Shown in pieces: positions 1 to 13,354 of a stretch of 64,000 bases of DNA. Source of the DNA: Selaginella moellendorffii (Eukaryota > Plantae > Lycopodiophyta). The notes beneath the pieces were generated by a model that saw only the letters and a list, made by a program, of their open reading frames with translations, did not search any database and had not been told where the DNA came from. Made by a program: the position numbers and the translations under genes. Where the stretch lies: assembly GCF_000143415.4 (NCBI RefSeq), contig NW_003314337.1:513234-577233 (forward strand), written 5' to 3'. Within the stretch, counting starts at the first letter, position 1. Every line of letters begins with the position of its first letter.

Positions 1-520
1 CTCGCGTAGGGCCACGATGTTCCAAAATGCTGTCTTAAAGTCCCAGATTGTGGAAAGGAAGAGCAGTGATCCTCTGGTGTAGTGACCAATGATACGGTCA
101 TGTGGTGAGGAAGTCCCAGAGGATAGTGGGACTTAGTGGTCAGGCCTATGGGCCTTGATCTAGTGGCAGTGTTGGTGAACATGGCCATGGATAGAAAAGG
201 ATCTTGGTGGGGACTGTTAAAGGGATATTGGGGAAGGTTATTCCCCATGTCTATGGGCATCTTAAGGATGTTAATGAGTGGACCCAGGATGGTCACTTAT
301 GGACAGATGGCCCAGTCTTTGAGACACAGGACCACAATGCAGGTGGTGTTGGATCACCGGTGTGACCAAGTTAAATGGCCATGGCCTTAGTGTAATGGGC
401 TAGTATATTGGTGGTACCTTGGGGTGTCAGTCATGGGATCGAACACGTGGAGCACTTGGATCAAGTGTAATAGCTGAGTGGCATAGATGCCATTCTTGGG
501 GCTAGCAAGTCCCTAAGTCC
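1..520 (+). mobile_element. Truncated, diverged LTR fragment of LTR family A
   Basis: Matches the 3' part of the family A LTR (about 3228-3745); similarity stops near 520. Confidence 0.85.
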
Positions 521-1230
521 AAAATAGCTTGGGTATAGCTCAAAATGAGCTCACACCCACTACTAAGGTTGCGAGGAATCTCACTACTGTGATCCTGGCT
601 ACACAAAAACAGGTACATCCGATTCGTTTTCTGCGCTTTTCTTCAACCCCAACCTGTAGGAACTATTCTCGGCCAGATTGCCAAACCCTAGTGCCACGGT
701 GACACAAGGGGCTTGTATTGACTTTGCCCAAGTAGTGCTTTTGCATCGACTGTTCCAATATCTAATCATCCCCTCAGAAAAAAGACGGGATGACAGCGAC
801 TAGACTAGACGGCGAGATCCATGAGGCAACGGACAAAGATCAGGTTGAGCATGTTCCTTAGCTCTAGTCCTTGGAAGTCACTTCTGATGTGCGGCTCGGA
901 CATGTACTTGAGTACATTGGCTCGCGAGCATCAATCGTGCAAATCTCAGTTCATTCTTGAATCCTAGCTTTGTACTTTCACAAAAGAATGAGAGATAGAG
1001 CTAGCGGAGATTGCATTACTAATCCTCATCTTCCATGATACAGGTACCCCCTGGACACCCAAACTGTAGGAGGTGACATAGGAAGTGCTTAGGGAAATCG
1101 TTTTGGTCGTGGTTGGTACCGGGTTACCGGGCGGATGATCCTACGCCTTGGACGAATGTACTGAAAATGGCCTAGTTGATCTGCTTAACCAAAAATACCC
1201 GCGAGGGACAACCGTGCTAGGGTGTGATAC
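521..1230. mobile_element. Unassigned TE-like segment, possibly the end of an unrelated LTR
   Basis: No match elsewhere in the window. It separates two family A pieces and ends in GGGTGTGATAC, which resembles an LTR terminus. Confidence 0.3.
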
Positions 1231-2228
1231 TTGGCTTTCTTTGGGGGACACCTTTCCCATGACTTTAGTATGGCACATTTTGCCATCCCTAAGATACCCA
1301 TTGTTCTCACACTGGGATCTTATGATCCTCCTCATCCTTCGTGGGGTGCAACACACCTCAGTCCAAATGCTTCCACTAGTCCTCTAGAACCATTCCTTAT
1401 CTCCACTCGAGTCATCTAGCTTTTTGGACTTTACTAATCCGACGACCTATAAGGTCCTATTTTGAAGTACCAGCTCGTTAGAATACAATTTTTTGTATTC
1501 ATGTCCTACCTATAAAGACCATTCTTGCAAGTGTTACTCCGACACTTGATTATTCTTTGTTCCATATGGGTTACCTTTGCCCCTTAGAACTATTTGTCCC
1601 TGTGATGAAAACATCAACTCATCCTCTAAATACACCCTTAACTTCTGGGGTTGTTTCAACATTTATTCAAGGTAGCCCCGACTACCATTTCAAGGACTTA
1701 TATCCTCATCCGTATTTGACCTCCCACAATCATTACTTTTGGTCTCAAATTCATGAGCACCAACCTCAACTACATGAGGGTAATCTTGCGGCTCCTTTAT
1801 CGTTTTAGAGTCTCTATCTTCCCCGTGATCCTAACTATAGTTTTTTACCACAACTACATTAGCCAGTTTGTTGAGTCAAACACTCATTTGGATCAAATCC
1901 TCAACTCAATGAGGAAAACTTTATACTATTCCCAAGACTCTGAAGTCGTTCCATTATTGGCCCTTTTCTATCCACCACCTCACATACAAGTTCACACCTA
2001 AACTATAGTGGAGAGCCATCTCTTCTTGACCTACTACTCCTCAAGGATAGACCCACTCCTGGGCCCTTCCAATGCCAATACTAGTGGTTATATACTTGAG
2101 CACCAATAAAAGTTAGACTAAGGAACAGCTCTGATACCAAATTGTAAGGGACTAAATTTTCCATTCTACTTTAGTCACTGAACCACACCTCTGACCACTT
2201 GGAGGAGTCTCACTCACAACCTCCATAG

Positions 2229-5200
2229 TGTGAGACACAAAATCCCTAGGCCCCAAAGTGGAGCTGGAAAGGGTGCCACGTGGTAGTGGCTGAAGTGAAA
2301 GCCAAACAAGCGTAACACGTTTAGACTAAAACCTCCGACTTGAAAGGTCGAGAGCGGGAGTGGAACTCCCAACAAAGTGCTCAAAGAACAAGCACGAAGC
2401 GAGCAATAAGTGAGGCTCCAAAAAGGGACCCAAAAAGGACCAACACATGACACGTGGAAGTGTCCGAGGTGGAGTCCGAGGTGGAGTCCGAGATGGAGTC
2501 CGAAGTGGAGTCCGAGATGGAGTCCGAAGTGGAGTCCGAGATGGAGTCCGAGATGGACCGAGACGGAGTCCGAGATGGAGTCCGAGATGGACTGAGACGG
2601 AGTCCGAGATGGAGTCTGAGATGGACTTGAGATGGAATCCAAGATGGAGTTCGAGAAGGATCCAAGATGAAGTCCGAGGTCGAGACCGAGACCAGGACCA
2701 AGACCGAGACCGAGACCGGGACCGAGACCAAGACCGAGACTGGGACCGAGACCGAGCCCGAGACCGAGGCGGAGGCCGAGACCGAGCCCGAGTCCGAGTC
2801 CGAGTCCAAGTCTGAGTCTGAGTCCAAGTCTGAGTTCAAGTTTGAGAGGGTGAAAGCCCAAAGCGTTCGTCTCCCAGACCCTAGGGGGTTTGGTGAGCTC
2901 CAAAAGTATAGTAAGGGGGAGGACTGCAGTGGAGCCAGTTTGGCCAGGAAAGGCCAGTTTGGCCCAGGAAGGCCAGACCCAGTGTTGGGTGATGAACTGA
3001 CCATTGGGAAGTCCAAGACTAGACTGAACACGGACCGACAAGCGGGGTAGCTTGGTGAAGTGTTCAAGAGCCGGCTCTAGTTCCCCCGGGAGATCGACTG
3101 GCCGATGCTCCCAGTCCAAGTGTGGGTGGCACTACCTACTTGGATACTAGGCATGGCTCAATGGAACCTTGCTCTAAGCCCATGGCTAGAGCACCCAAGG
3201 GTGGAAGGCGGGGAAAGTACTTAGGTGGCTCGCGTAAGGCCACGGTGTTCGGAAATGTCGTCCCAAAGGCCCAGACTGTGGAAAGGAAGAGGAGCAGTCC
3301 TCTAGGGTGTGACCAAGGACACAGCCGTGTGGTGATGAAGTCCCAGAGGACCGTGGGACTTAGTGGTCAGGCCTATGGGCCTCGATCCAGTGGCAGTGTT
3401 GGCAAACACGGCCAAAGGCAAAAAGGGACTTAGTGGGGACTAATAGAGGGATATTGGGGAAGGCTGTTCCCTTTGTCGGTGGGCATCCTAAGGATGCTAA
3501 GGAGTGGATCTGGGATGACCACTCATGGATGGTTGGCCCAATCTTGGAGAGACAAGACTGTGTTGCAAGTGGTATTGGACTACCAGTGCAGCAAAGGTGA
3601 TTGGGCATGGCCTTAGTGTAACAGGCTGCTATGTCGGTGGTACCTTTGAGTGTCGGTCATGGGATCGGACACATGGAGCACTTGGACCATGTGCAAGGGT
3701 TGAGTGGCATGGATGCCATTCTTGGGGCTAGCAAGTCCCAAGTCCTGAATTGGACTTATGGAGGTTGTGAATGAGACTCCTCCAAATGGTCAGAGGTGTG
3801 GTTAAGTGACTAAAGTAGAATGGAAAAATTAGTCGGTTACAACTTGGTATCGGAGCTGTTCCTTAGTCTGACTTTTATTGGTGCTCAAGTATATCACCAT
3901 TGATGTTGGCATCGGAAGGTCCTAGGAGTGGGCTTATCCTTGAGGAGTAGCATGTCGAGAGGACATGGCTCTCCACTCAAGTTCATACGTGAACTTCGGC
4001 ACAATGTGGTGGATGGAAAAGGGCCAATAATGGAACGACTTTGGGATCTTGGGAACAGTATAAGGTTTCCTCAGAGAGCTGAGGATGTGATCCAAATGAG
4101 TGTTTGACACAACAAAGGGGCTAACGTAGTTGTGATAAACAAGTATAGTTGGGATCACGGGAAAGATAAAGACTCCAAAGCAATAAAGGAGTCACAAGAT
4201 TATCCTCATATAGTTGAGGTTGGTGCTCATGAATGTGAGACCAGAAGTAATGACTGTGGGAGGTCAAATACGGAAGAGGGCTCAAGTCCTTGAAATGGTA
4301 GCCAAGGCTACCTTTAATAAATGCTGGAACAACCCAAGGAGTTGGGGGGTGTACTTAGAGATGAGTTGGTATTCTCATCACATGGACAAGTAGTCCTAAT
4401 GGGCAAAGGTTGTCCCAGAGAACAAAATCAAGTGTCAGAGTAACACTTGTGAATATAGTCCTTGTGAGTGAGGACATGAATGCAAGAAGTGTATTCCAGT
4501 GAGCTAGTGCACGACAAGTAGGACCTTACGGGTTTGTGGATTAACCAAGTCCAAAACTGCTGGATGACTCAAGTAGAGTCAAGGAATGGTCCTAAAGGAT
4601 TGATGGAAACATTTGGACTGAAGTGTGTGGTACCCCACCAAGGATGGGGGGGATTATAAGATCCAAGGATGAGAACAGAGGGTATCTCATCAATGGCAAA
4701 ATGTGCCATGCTAAAGTCGTGGGAAGGGTGTTCCCAAAAGAAAAAAACTTTGAAACAAAGTTGTGTGTGACCTCTATGGTGCAGTGCTAATGGATAGTTG
4801 GCATGAGAAAGAGTGGTATTGGTCTTGGCAAAGACTTAGACATAAAAAATAAGTGTCATAGAGGTAGGCTCGTGGAGCCGATGGTGTGGAGACACCAAAT
4901 GTGCCAAGGTGTGATACCTTGAGGCTATGTTGGTGGGTTCATGAGAACCCCTTGCCAAAGGAATCCCAATGGAAATGGGAATGGCATAGCCTAAGCTGCA
5001 GAGCATGCAGTTGGAGTGTGGTGACTTAGATAATGATGGAGGTGTGGAAGCACCAGCAATGAGTTGTAGGACTTGACAGCTATGAGGCAATTAAGCAAGA
5101 GGTGCAAAATAATTGGTTAAACGGGTAGAAGGTAGCTACCCAAGCCTTCTTAATGGCATAAGGAAATTGGATATACCCTTATGGGGGATAAGTTGCTTAT

Positions 5201-8200
5201 GTTGCGATATAGTAAGTCAATGTCATGAAAGGAAATACTCATTGTCAAGGAAGCCGTCATTAGGACACCTGAACACTCTAGAACACCAGGAGGTGGTGTT
5301 TGATGTCGCGAGGGCAATAGATAAGGCCCAAGGGACTAAGTCCCTAGCGAATGATGGATAGAAGGTGCTATCCAAATGTCCAAGGTGGCGGAGACAGGAG
5401 AAGACTATCTACTCGAATTGGACAAAGCCAAAAATGGAATTTTGGCAAGGCTAGCGATGGGCATGTAAAGGCTCATAAGCAACAACATAATCTCGGTGTG
5501 TGGGATTATAGGGTGAGTATACCTGGATTGAGGAACCACTCCCTAGGCTATCGGGTAGATTCATCCCTAAGAATACTTGCTAAGGCATGATAGAAAGTGC
5601 AAAGCTATCCTCTTGGTCTAGAGGAGAATGACCGAAGAAAAGGTGTGAAGCCAAAAGCAAGAAGTATGGGGGTAGAACCAAACCATAGGAATCGAAGGGC
5701 ATAACCAAGTTGGTTATGCCAGCTGGGAGTGGAGAATCAAGTGGGGGCTCGAGGGTGTTACTGCTAGCAACCGTGATGCCATAGAGAGTCTAAAATATGG
5801 AATTGTCCATGTTAGACTATATGGTAATTGGAAAGCTTGCAAAAAGGGAGGCCTTAGCAAGCTAAGGGACAGAGTTCCTTCAAGGTTCCCAAAGATGATT
5901 CTAGGTAGCTTAGTACCTAGAAAGGCCAAGCGTAAATGGTTCAAAGAACGTGCGAAATCAGAGTGGCGCAGCAGAAGCGTGGTCTTGAAGCTTGCCATGA
6001 GGCAAGGCTATCAAGGTTAGGGAAGTAGTTCCCAAGTGTTCAAAGAGAGGGCTTTGAACGAAAGTCGATGATCAAGGGCTTTCACGCTTGTGCAGGAACC
6101 ATGTTACAATGGTCGGAGGACTTGCCCAAAGCGAGATTGGCAAGTCAAGGGAACAAATACCCTAGTTGAAGGTGATAACTTCAAAAAGGGTGGGCCATGG
6201 GGCCAAGAATGGAGGAGTCCATGCATGATCACAGACTTGTTAAGTGAGAGGACTTGGCAGTGTGGAGGAACTAAGTTCCTAAGCTGTGATCTATAGCGCG
6301 CTTTGAGTATAAGTTGGTGCACCGGCGTGGGGAGTCACGCCAGGCATCCTGGGTGATGCCGTCCGTAGATGCATATATGGAGGTTGGGTTCAAGTCCCGA
6401 CCCTCTAGTGCTTGGGTTCGAGTCCCAACTCACTAGGGCGTGGTGATGGTTTGGAATATGAGGACACTCATTTTTCGGTGGTCATGGACTCTTAGTGTGG
6501 AGACTGGTTTGGGCACACCGCCAAGCGAGGGATGCCTCGGAGTCGTGATGCACGGTTAGATTGCTTAGTGTGGCTCAGCATATCTAACTTGAACACTTTG
6601 GTGCCAGTGGCACCAAGGACATGGTGAATGAGATGGGGACACCCAGTCTCAGTTGCTATGGACCCTTGGCCGGAAGGGCTGGCTTGGGCGCACCGCCAAG
6701 TGTGGGGGATGCCCCCGGGGTTGTAGTTAACAAGTTAAAGGTCTGGAAGACTTAATACCTATTGTTAAACCTGTTAAGGTGCCGAGGTGAGATCACTAGG
6801 TGATCTTGTGGCTAAATAAGGATAAGGTCCTTGTTTGGGCTAAGGAATAAGGTTCCTAGTTCAAAGTGTTGATTTGAACTATTGATGATGGTGTGGCTTG
6901 GTCAAGGTGACCAAGTGGGAAAAGCACATTAGGGAAATGAGCTATGTCATTGCAATGGCATAGTGTGTCCAAGGAAAGTAGTGTCTAAAGAGACTTATGG
7001 GAGGGTCACAAAGTTGGGCCGTGGATAAAGCCCACAGCAGAAGATGCTAAAGAGACTTACTAGGGGTGAACACCCTAGTCTTGGCAAAGCAGAGCCTTTG
7101 CTATGGAATCAAAAGAATACCTCAAGGAGGGAGGCAGAGATTCGGTGTTGCTTGGTGCAACAATCAATGGATAGGAGCAAAAGATGAGTGGCCAAGATAG
7201 GGCCATGGAATCCCTTGGAAGGAATCCAAGTGACAAAGTTAGGCGAGAAACAATAATGTGTTGGACGCTAACAAATTGCGGGAAAGGAAGTGTGTTTCCA
7301 AGGATGGATTCCGAATTGCTCCGATTTGGCGAAAGTGGAAGCTCCAAGGTAGCCAAATGATAGGGCCATGGACAGCCCTAGCACAAAGTATGATAAATGG
7401 AACTTAGTGCCTAAGGTGGCACGAAATAGAAGAGAAGATGATGGTGCCCTTAAGTAAAGAACTTCCTAGGATGGGAAGTGGAGTTGCGCAATATGTGCAA
7501 TGCAAAGTGTTGGAGACACTTAGGAAAATTGACTTCAAGAAGTCAAAACTAAACGTTCCAAAGTGCAAAGGTTATATTGATGAAAATTAAGACTACTCAA
7601 GATGGAGTAGTGGGATTGAGATAGAGACGGTGTCTCTAACAAGTTTAGCGAGAACTAAACCAATAAACGGAAAGAACCACCACAAGTGGTCCAATCAGTC
7701 TCTAAGTTGGAGAGACTATCCTCCTTAGAGGATGGACAAGGCATGGTGAGCCTTTGGGGTCAAACCATAGACAAATATTGGCCGGGTGCCAAAGATGGGA
7801 ATGGTAATATCTGCGGGTGTTACTTTATAAAAGGGTTTACCGTTCGATGAGGACATCGAACTTCGTCTATGAGTGGTGGAGTTGTGAGACACAAAATCCC
7901 TAGGCCCCAAAGTGGAGCTGGAAAGGGTGCCACGTGGTAGTGGCCGAAGTGAAAGCCAAACGAGCGTAACACGTTTAGACTAAAAGCTCCGACTTGAAAG
8001 GTCGAGAGCGGGAGTGGAACTCCCAACAAAGTGCTCGAGGAACAAGCACAAAGCGAGCAATAAGTGAGGCTCCAAAAAGGGACCCAAAAAGGACTAACAC
8101 ATGACACGTGGAAGTGTCTGAGGTGGAGTCCAAGGTGGAGTCCGAGATGGAGTCCGAGATGGAGTCCGAAGTGGAGTCCAAGATGGAGTCCGAGATGGAC

Positions 8201-9531
8201 TAAGACGGAGTCCGAGATGGAGTCCAAGATGGACCCGAGATGGAATCCGAGATGGAGTCCGAGATGGACCCGAGATGGAATCCGAGATGGAGTCCGAGAT
8301 GGACCCGAGATGGAATCCGAGATGGAGTCCGAGAAGGACCTGAGATGAAGTCCGAGGTCGAGACCGAGACCGGGACCAAGACCGAGACCGAGAGCGGGAC
8401 TGAGACCGAGACCGAGACCGGGATCGAGACCGAGACCAAGGTGGAGGCCGAAACCGAGCCCAAGTCCGAGTCCGAGTCCGAGTCCGAGTCCGAGTCTGAG
8501 TCCGAGTCCGAGTCCAAGTCCGAGTTCAAGTCTGAGAGGGTGAAAGCCCAAAGCGTTCATCTCCCAGACCCTGGGGGGTTTGGTGAGCTCCAAAAGTATA
8601 GTAAGGGGGAGGACTGCAGTGGAGCCAGTTTGGCCAGGAAAGGCTAGTTTGGCCCAGGAAGGCCAGACCCAGTGTTGGGTGATGAACTGACCACTGGGAA
8701 GTCCAAGACTAGACTGAACACGGACCGACAAGCGGGGTAGCTTGGTGAAGTGTTCAAGAGCCGGCTCTAGTTCCCCCGGGAGATCGACTGGCCGATGCTC
8801 CCAGTCCAAGTGTGGGTGGCACTACCTACTTGGATACCAAGCATGGCTCAATGGAACCTCGTTCTAAGCCCATGGCTAGAGCACCCAAGGGTGGAAGGCG
8901 GGGAAAGTACTTAGGTGGCTCGCGTAAGGCCACGGTGTTCGGAAATGTCGTCCCAAAGGCCCAGACTGTGGAAAGAAAGAGGAGTAGTCCTCTGGGGTGT
9001 GACCAAGGACACAGTCGTGTGGTGATGAAGTCCCAGAGGACCGTGGGACTTAGTGGTCAGGCCTGTGGGCCTCGATCCAGTGGCAGTGTTGGCAAACACG
9101 GCCAAAGGCAAAAAGGGACTTAGTGGGGACTGACAGAGGGATATTGGGGAAGGCTGTTCCCTTTGTCAGTGGGCATCCTAAGGATGCTAAGGAATGGATC
9201 TGGGATGACCACTCATGGATGGTTGGCCCAATCTTGGAGAGACAAGACTGTGTTGCAAGTGGTATTGGACTACCAGTGCAGCAAAGGTGATTGGGCATGG
9301 CCTTAGCGTAACAGGCTGCTATGTCGGTGGTACCTTTGAGTGTCAGTCATAGGATCGGACACATGGAGCACTTGGACTAGGTGCAAGGGTTGAGTGGCAT
9401 GGATGCCATTCTTGGGGCTAGCAAGTCCCAAGTCCTGAATTGGACTTATGGAGGTTGTGAATGAGACTCCTCCAAATGGTCGGAGGTGTGGTTAAGTGAC
9501 TAAAGTAGAATGGAAAAATTAGTCGCTTACA
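2229..9531 (+). mobile_element. Complete non-autonomous (LARD-like) LTR retrotransposon, family A, copy 1
   Basis: 5' LTR 2229-3841 and 3' LTR 7883-9531 (TGTGAGAC...TTACA). PBS TGGTATCGGAGC 3845-3856. Purine-rich PPT-like tract 7871-7882. TSD CATAG at 2224-2228 and 9532-9536. The ~4 kb interior has no long ORF. Confidence 0.95.
2461..2840 (+). repeat. Tandem array inside the LTR: (GAGATGGAGTCC)n, then (GAGACC)n, then (GAGTCC)n
   Basis: Directly visible. Variants at about 8115-8535, 10450-10885, 50968-51475, 56768-57272 and 61771-62250. Confidence 0.95.
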
Positions 9532-11082
9532 CATAGGTCCTATTTCGGACATGGGGACTTGCTAGCCCCAAGAATGGCATCTGTGCCATTCAACTGTTGC
9601 ACTTGGTCCAAGTGCTACACGTATCTGGTCCCATGACCGACACCCAAAGGTACCATTGATATATCGGCCCGTTGCGCTAAGGCCATGCCCATTCACCTTT
9701 GCTACACTAGTGGTACAATACCACTTGCATCACAGTCCCGTCTCTCCAAAACTAGGCTATCCGTCCACGAGTGGTGATCCCAGATCGACTCCTTAGCATC
9801 CTTAGGATGCCCACAGACATGGGGAATAGCCTTCCCCAATATCCCTTTATCAGTTTCTACCAAGTCCTTTTTTTATCCATGGCCATGTTTGCTAACACTA
9901 CCACTAAATCAAGGCCCACAGGCCCGGCCACTAAGTCCTATCATCCTCTGGGACTTCCTCACCATATGACCGTATCCTAAGTCACTATATTAGAGGATTA
10001 CTCCTTCTCCTTTCCCCCGTTTGGGATTTCAGGACAACATTTTGGAACACCGTGGCCCTACGCAAGCCCCGTGGGTACTCTCCCCACCTTCCGCCTTTAG
10101 GTGCTCTAGCCATGGGCTTAGAGCGAGGTTCCGTTGAGCCACACTAGGTATCCAAGTAGGTAGTGCCACCCACACGTGGACTAGGAGCATTGACCATTCG
10201 ATCTCCCGGGGGAACTAGAGCCGGCTCTTGAACACTTCACTAAGCTACGCTATTTTTCGGTCCATATTCACTCTAGCTTTGGACTTCCCAGTGGTTATCC
10301 CATCACCCAACACCTAGGTACAGCCTTCCTGGGCTAAACTGACCTTTCTTAGCCAAACTAGCTCCACTAGAGTCCTCCCCCTACTATACTTTTGGAGCTC
10401 ACCAAACCCCCTAGGGTCTGGGAGACGAACGCTTTGGGCTTTCACCCTCTCAGACTCGAACTCGGACTCGGACACGGACTTGGACTCGGACGCAGACTCG
10501 AACTCGGACTAGGACTCGGACTTGGACTCAGGCTTGGACTCGGTCTCAACCTCGGCCTCGGTACCGATCTCGATCTCAGTCTCGGTCCCGGTCTTGGTCT
10601 CGGTCTCGACTTCGGACTCCATCTCAGGTCCTTCTCGGACTCCATCTCGAACTCCATCTCAGGTCCATTTCAGACTCCATCTCAGGTCCATCTTAGACTC
10701 CATCTCGGGTCCATCTCAGACTCCATTTCGGGTCCATCTCGAACTCCATCTTGGGTCCATCTCGGACTCCATTTTGGGTCCATCTCAAACTCCATCTCGG
10801 GTCCATCTCGAACTCCATCTCAAGTCCATCTCAGACTCCATCTCGGTCCCCATCTCAAACTCCATCTTAGACTCCATCTTGGGTTCCTTTTTCAGAGACT
10901 CTCTTATGGCTCGCTTCATGCTTGTTCTTTGAGCACTCTATTAGGAGTTCCACTCCCACTCTCGACCTTTCAAGTCGGAGCTTTTAATCCAAACATGTTA
11001 CACTCGTTTGGCTTTCACTTTGGCCACTACCACGTGGCACCCTTTTGGCTCCACTTTGGGGCTTAGGGATTTGTGTCTCACA

Positions 11083-12124
11083 CCTTGCCCTTATCCTTGA
11101 ACTCAAGTAGCAGTAACATCAACCTCTATTGGAACAAGATTATCTCCCACAGAAAGTGTAGTTGAAAGACGTACAGCAAGAAGTGGAAGAGGCGATATCT
11201 CATATGTTATGCTAAGCGAAGGGCGTCATTAAGGGTGGCTAAAACAAGTGCATGCATAAGTCCTACAAGATCTTAACAAAGTGTTGGCCAAAACATCCCT
11301 AGCTTATCCGCTCTATCATATTTGGCTCCGCACGAAGCAAAAGTCTTTAGAAACAAACACCAAATTGTATCACCAACTCAGAGGGCCTTTAATAAAGACA
11401 ATGCAATTGTTGAAAGGCATCATCACAATTATTAACATGTTTGAATGCACATTTAAAGATATATGGGAGAATACACCAATCCCCACGAGTGGCTGCACTC
11501 AAACCATTATACCATTGCAATGCCATCCCTTGGAGATATATGGGGAAACTCATGCAAACGTTGAGTATTATCCCAAGAATGATATATGGCAATCACTGTA
11601 AAGTGATTAAACCAATAGTACATATCATCCCCAAAATTCCCATGAAAGAACTCCGGCTGAACATGGGGATTGGCACTAAGAACATGAGGGGTTGTGCCAC
11701 GTGTCGTGAATGCTCCTATCAACTGAGTTTGGTTGTTCAATTGCAATCACATAGCATCAAGTAATTGCACTAACTGTTACTCTAGAGTCAAAAGAGGAGG
11801 AGATTGCTACTTTGCCATGAAAATGAATGAAAAAAAAGGAGCAAAAGAAAAGAAATGAAAAAAGCTAAAAGAAAAGAAATGGAAAAAAAATTAGATTTAG
11901 ACAATGCAAAAGTTAAATCTAAACTAAAATCCCAAATCCAAGCACTCCTCATGGACAATCAAAAGTGCCTTTTGTCTCCACTAATATGAATGTATAGAAT
12001 ATGGAAAGGAAATATAAAACCTAAGTTATATATAAAAGTGAGTGGTCCATATTGAAATCAATCTGATGGCTACTAAAATCCTATTATAGTATATGGCATC
12101 GTAATTGTATACTTGGACAGTATA
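11083..12124 (-). mobile_element. Decayed Ty3/Gypsy fragment, family B (short 5' LTR ~11985-12124, PBS ~11974-11983, gag remnant)
   Basis: Reverse-complement homolog of 43268-44400 (shared peptide QLNNQTQL..AFT.RGTTP, FHGNFGDDMYYWFNHFTVIA). Cut at 11082 by a family A LTR. Confidence 0.85.
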
Positions 12125-12260
12125 AAGATAAAAAAATAAAGAAGAAAAAATAAAGAAGAATTTCTGTTATCTAAGCTTTTTACTTATGTGTTTTATATTT
12201 TTAAATTTTTTTTCCAAATAAGCATATCTAGAATATTATATTATATTTTTATGAAAACAT

Positions 12261-13354
12261 CTAAGCCCAGATAGCAATCACCGACATTGCTCCAGCTCCT
12301 AAGACCAAAAACAAATATCCTAAACTGTAATGTCTCCAAGATTGTTGCAAGAACTCCTTACTCATGAAATGAGAGGCAAGTAAGTCAACCAAAGCCATGT
12401 AGATAAGAATTCCAGCGGACATAGAGTCAAACACTCCCTCCACAATCAAAGCCTTGGGATCATTTTCGTTATATCTCGAAGAAATAATCATCCCAATACC
12501 AATCCCACCGGGGGTCGTGATAGTGAAGAACAAAGCCATGAGCAGCTTGGAAACGACCTTAAAGCTTCCCTGCATTGCAAGGCTGAATCTATCAAAACTT
12601 TACCACAGTAATGCCAATCTTACCAAGGAAATGCATCCACCAAGTGCTAATCCCTCGAAAAACTGATGGAACACAAGGGCCCCAACCAAAGGACGAATAG
12701 TACATGGACTATTCGAAGTTCCCATAGCGATTCCAATTATCACCGAATGTGCGAGGATCCCAAACTCTAGCACCTTTGCAAAGTCAAAACCTCAAAATCT
12801 AGATCACACCGAAAGGCTAGAAGTTCTACACTTACCTGAGCCACAACTTTGTTTTTTATAGTTGTTGTTGGCGACCCGGCACTGGCTTCAAGCTCCTGCG
12901 AATCGTGGACCTTGGAGACCTCTGCGCTATGATCGTTGGAAGGATGAGCGTGGACATGGTGTGGATGATCTGCATGATCGCCCATGGACGATGTCTCCCC
13001 CTCCCTGCGAGTGTAATAGCCCAGTGCCATGGAATCCACGAACAAAACCAGCATGGAAGTGGTCATGGCGATGAATCCCGGGAAGGGGAACTTCTCCCAT
13101 GGATGCTCCGACAGGCATGGATTGGTGAGCGCCGCAAACGCGTCCGGGAGTATGTGCACGAAACCGGTGGAGAGGATCACGCCGGCCGCGAAGCACTGCC
13201 CCGCGAAGAACACTCTTGTGCGATTGAAGCTCTTGAACACCAGCGGGATCGCGACACCTAGCAAGGAGCTGACGAGGATCGCGGCGATCCCCGCGATCTT
13301 GAGGTGCAGGGCTTCGTCCTTGTTGATGCATGATTCATCGCTGGAGCAATCCAT
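12261..13354 (-). CDS. ZIP-family (ZRT/IRT-like) Zn/Fe transporter, 3 exons
   Basis: Exons 13354-12836, 12773-12624, 12569-12261 with GT-AG introns. Motifs [19 protein letters not shown], His-rich loop, [33 protein letters not shown]. Confidence 0.95.

Larger units (their letters stand above)
1231..11082 (-). mobile_element. Older family A LTR element (5' LTR split into 2143-2228 and 9537-11082; PBS 2128-2139; partial internal region 1231-2127)
   Basis: The two LTR pieces join into one LTR with TG...CA ends. PBS TGGTATCAGAGC (tRNA-iMet type) on the minus strand. Internal part is homologous to about 54850-55745. The right end abuts Gypsy gag sequence at 11083. Confidence 0.9.

Noticed and set aside
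2214-3119. Long ORFs such as MDWEHRP...LGLGLG and the SDSISDS/WSPR/ESEM repeats, here and in all family A LTR copies
   Set aside because: They arise from stop-free 6/12-bp arrays, are open in several frames on both strands, start at TTG/GTG and change frame between copies.
5714-5998. Antisense 94-aa ORF present in both complete family A copies (also 53597-53881)
   Set aside because: Explained by overall nucleotide similarity between the copies; no recognisable domain.
8531-8556. Hammerhead-ribozyme-like string CTGAGAGGGTGAAAGCCCAAAG (retrozyme hypothesis)
   Set aside because: It lacks N7 of CUGANGA and G12 of GAAA, no stem I/III with an NUH site was evident, and family C lacks the CTGA part. 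A covariance-model search would settle it.
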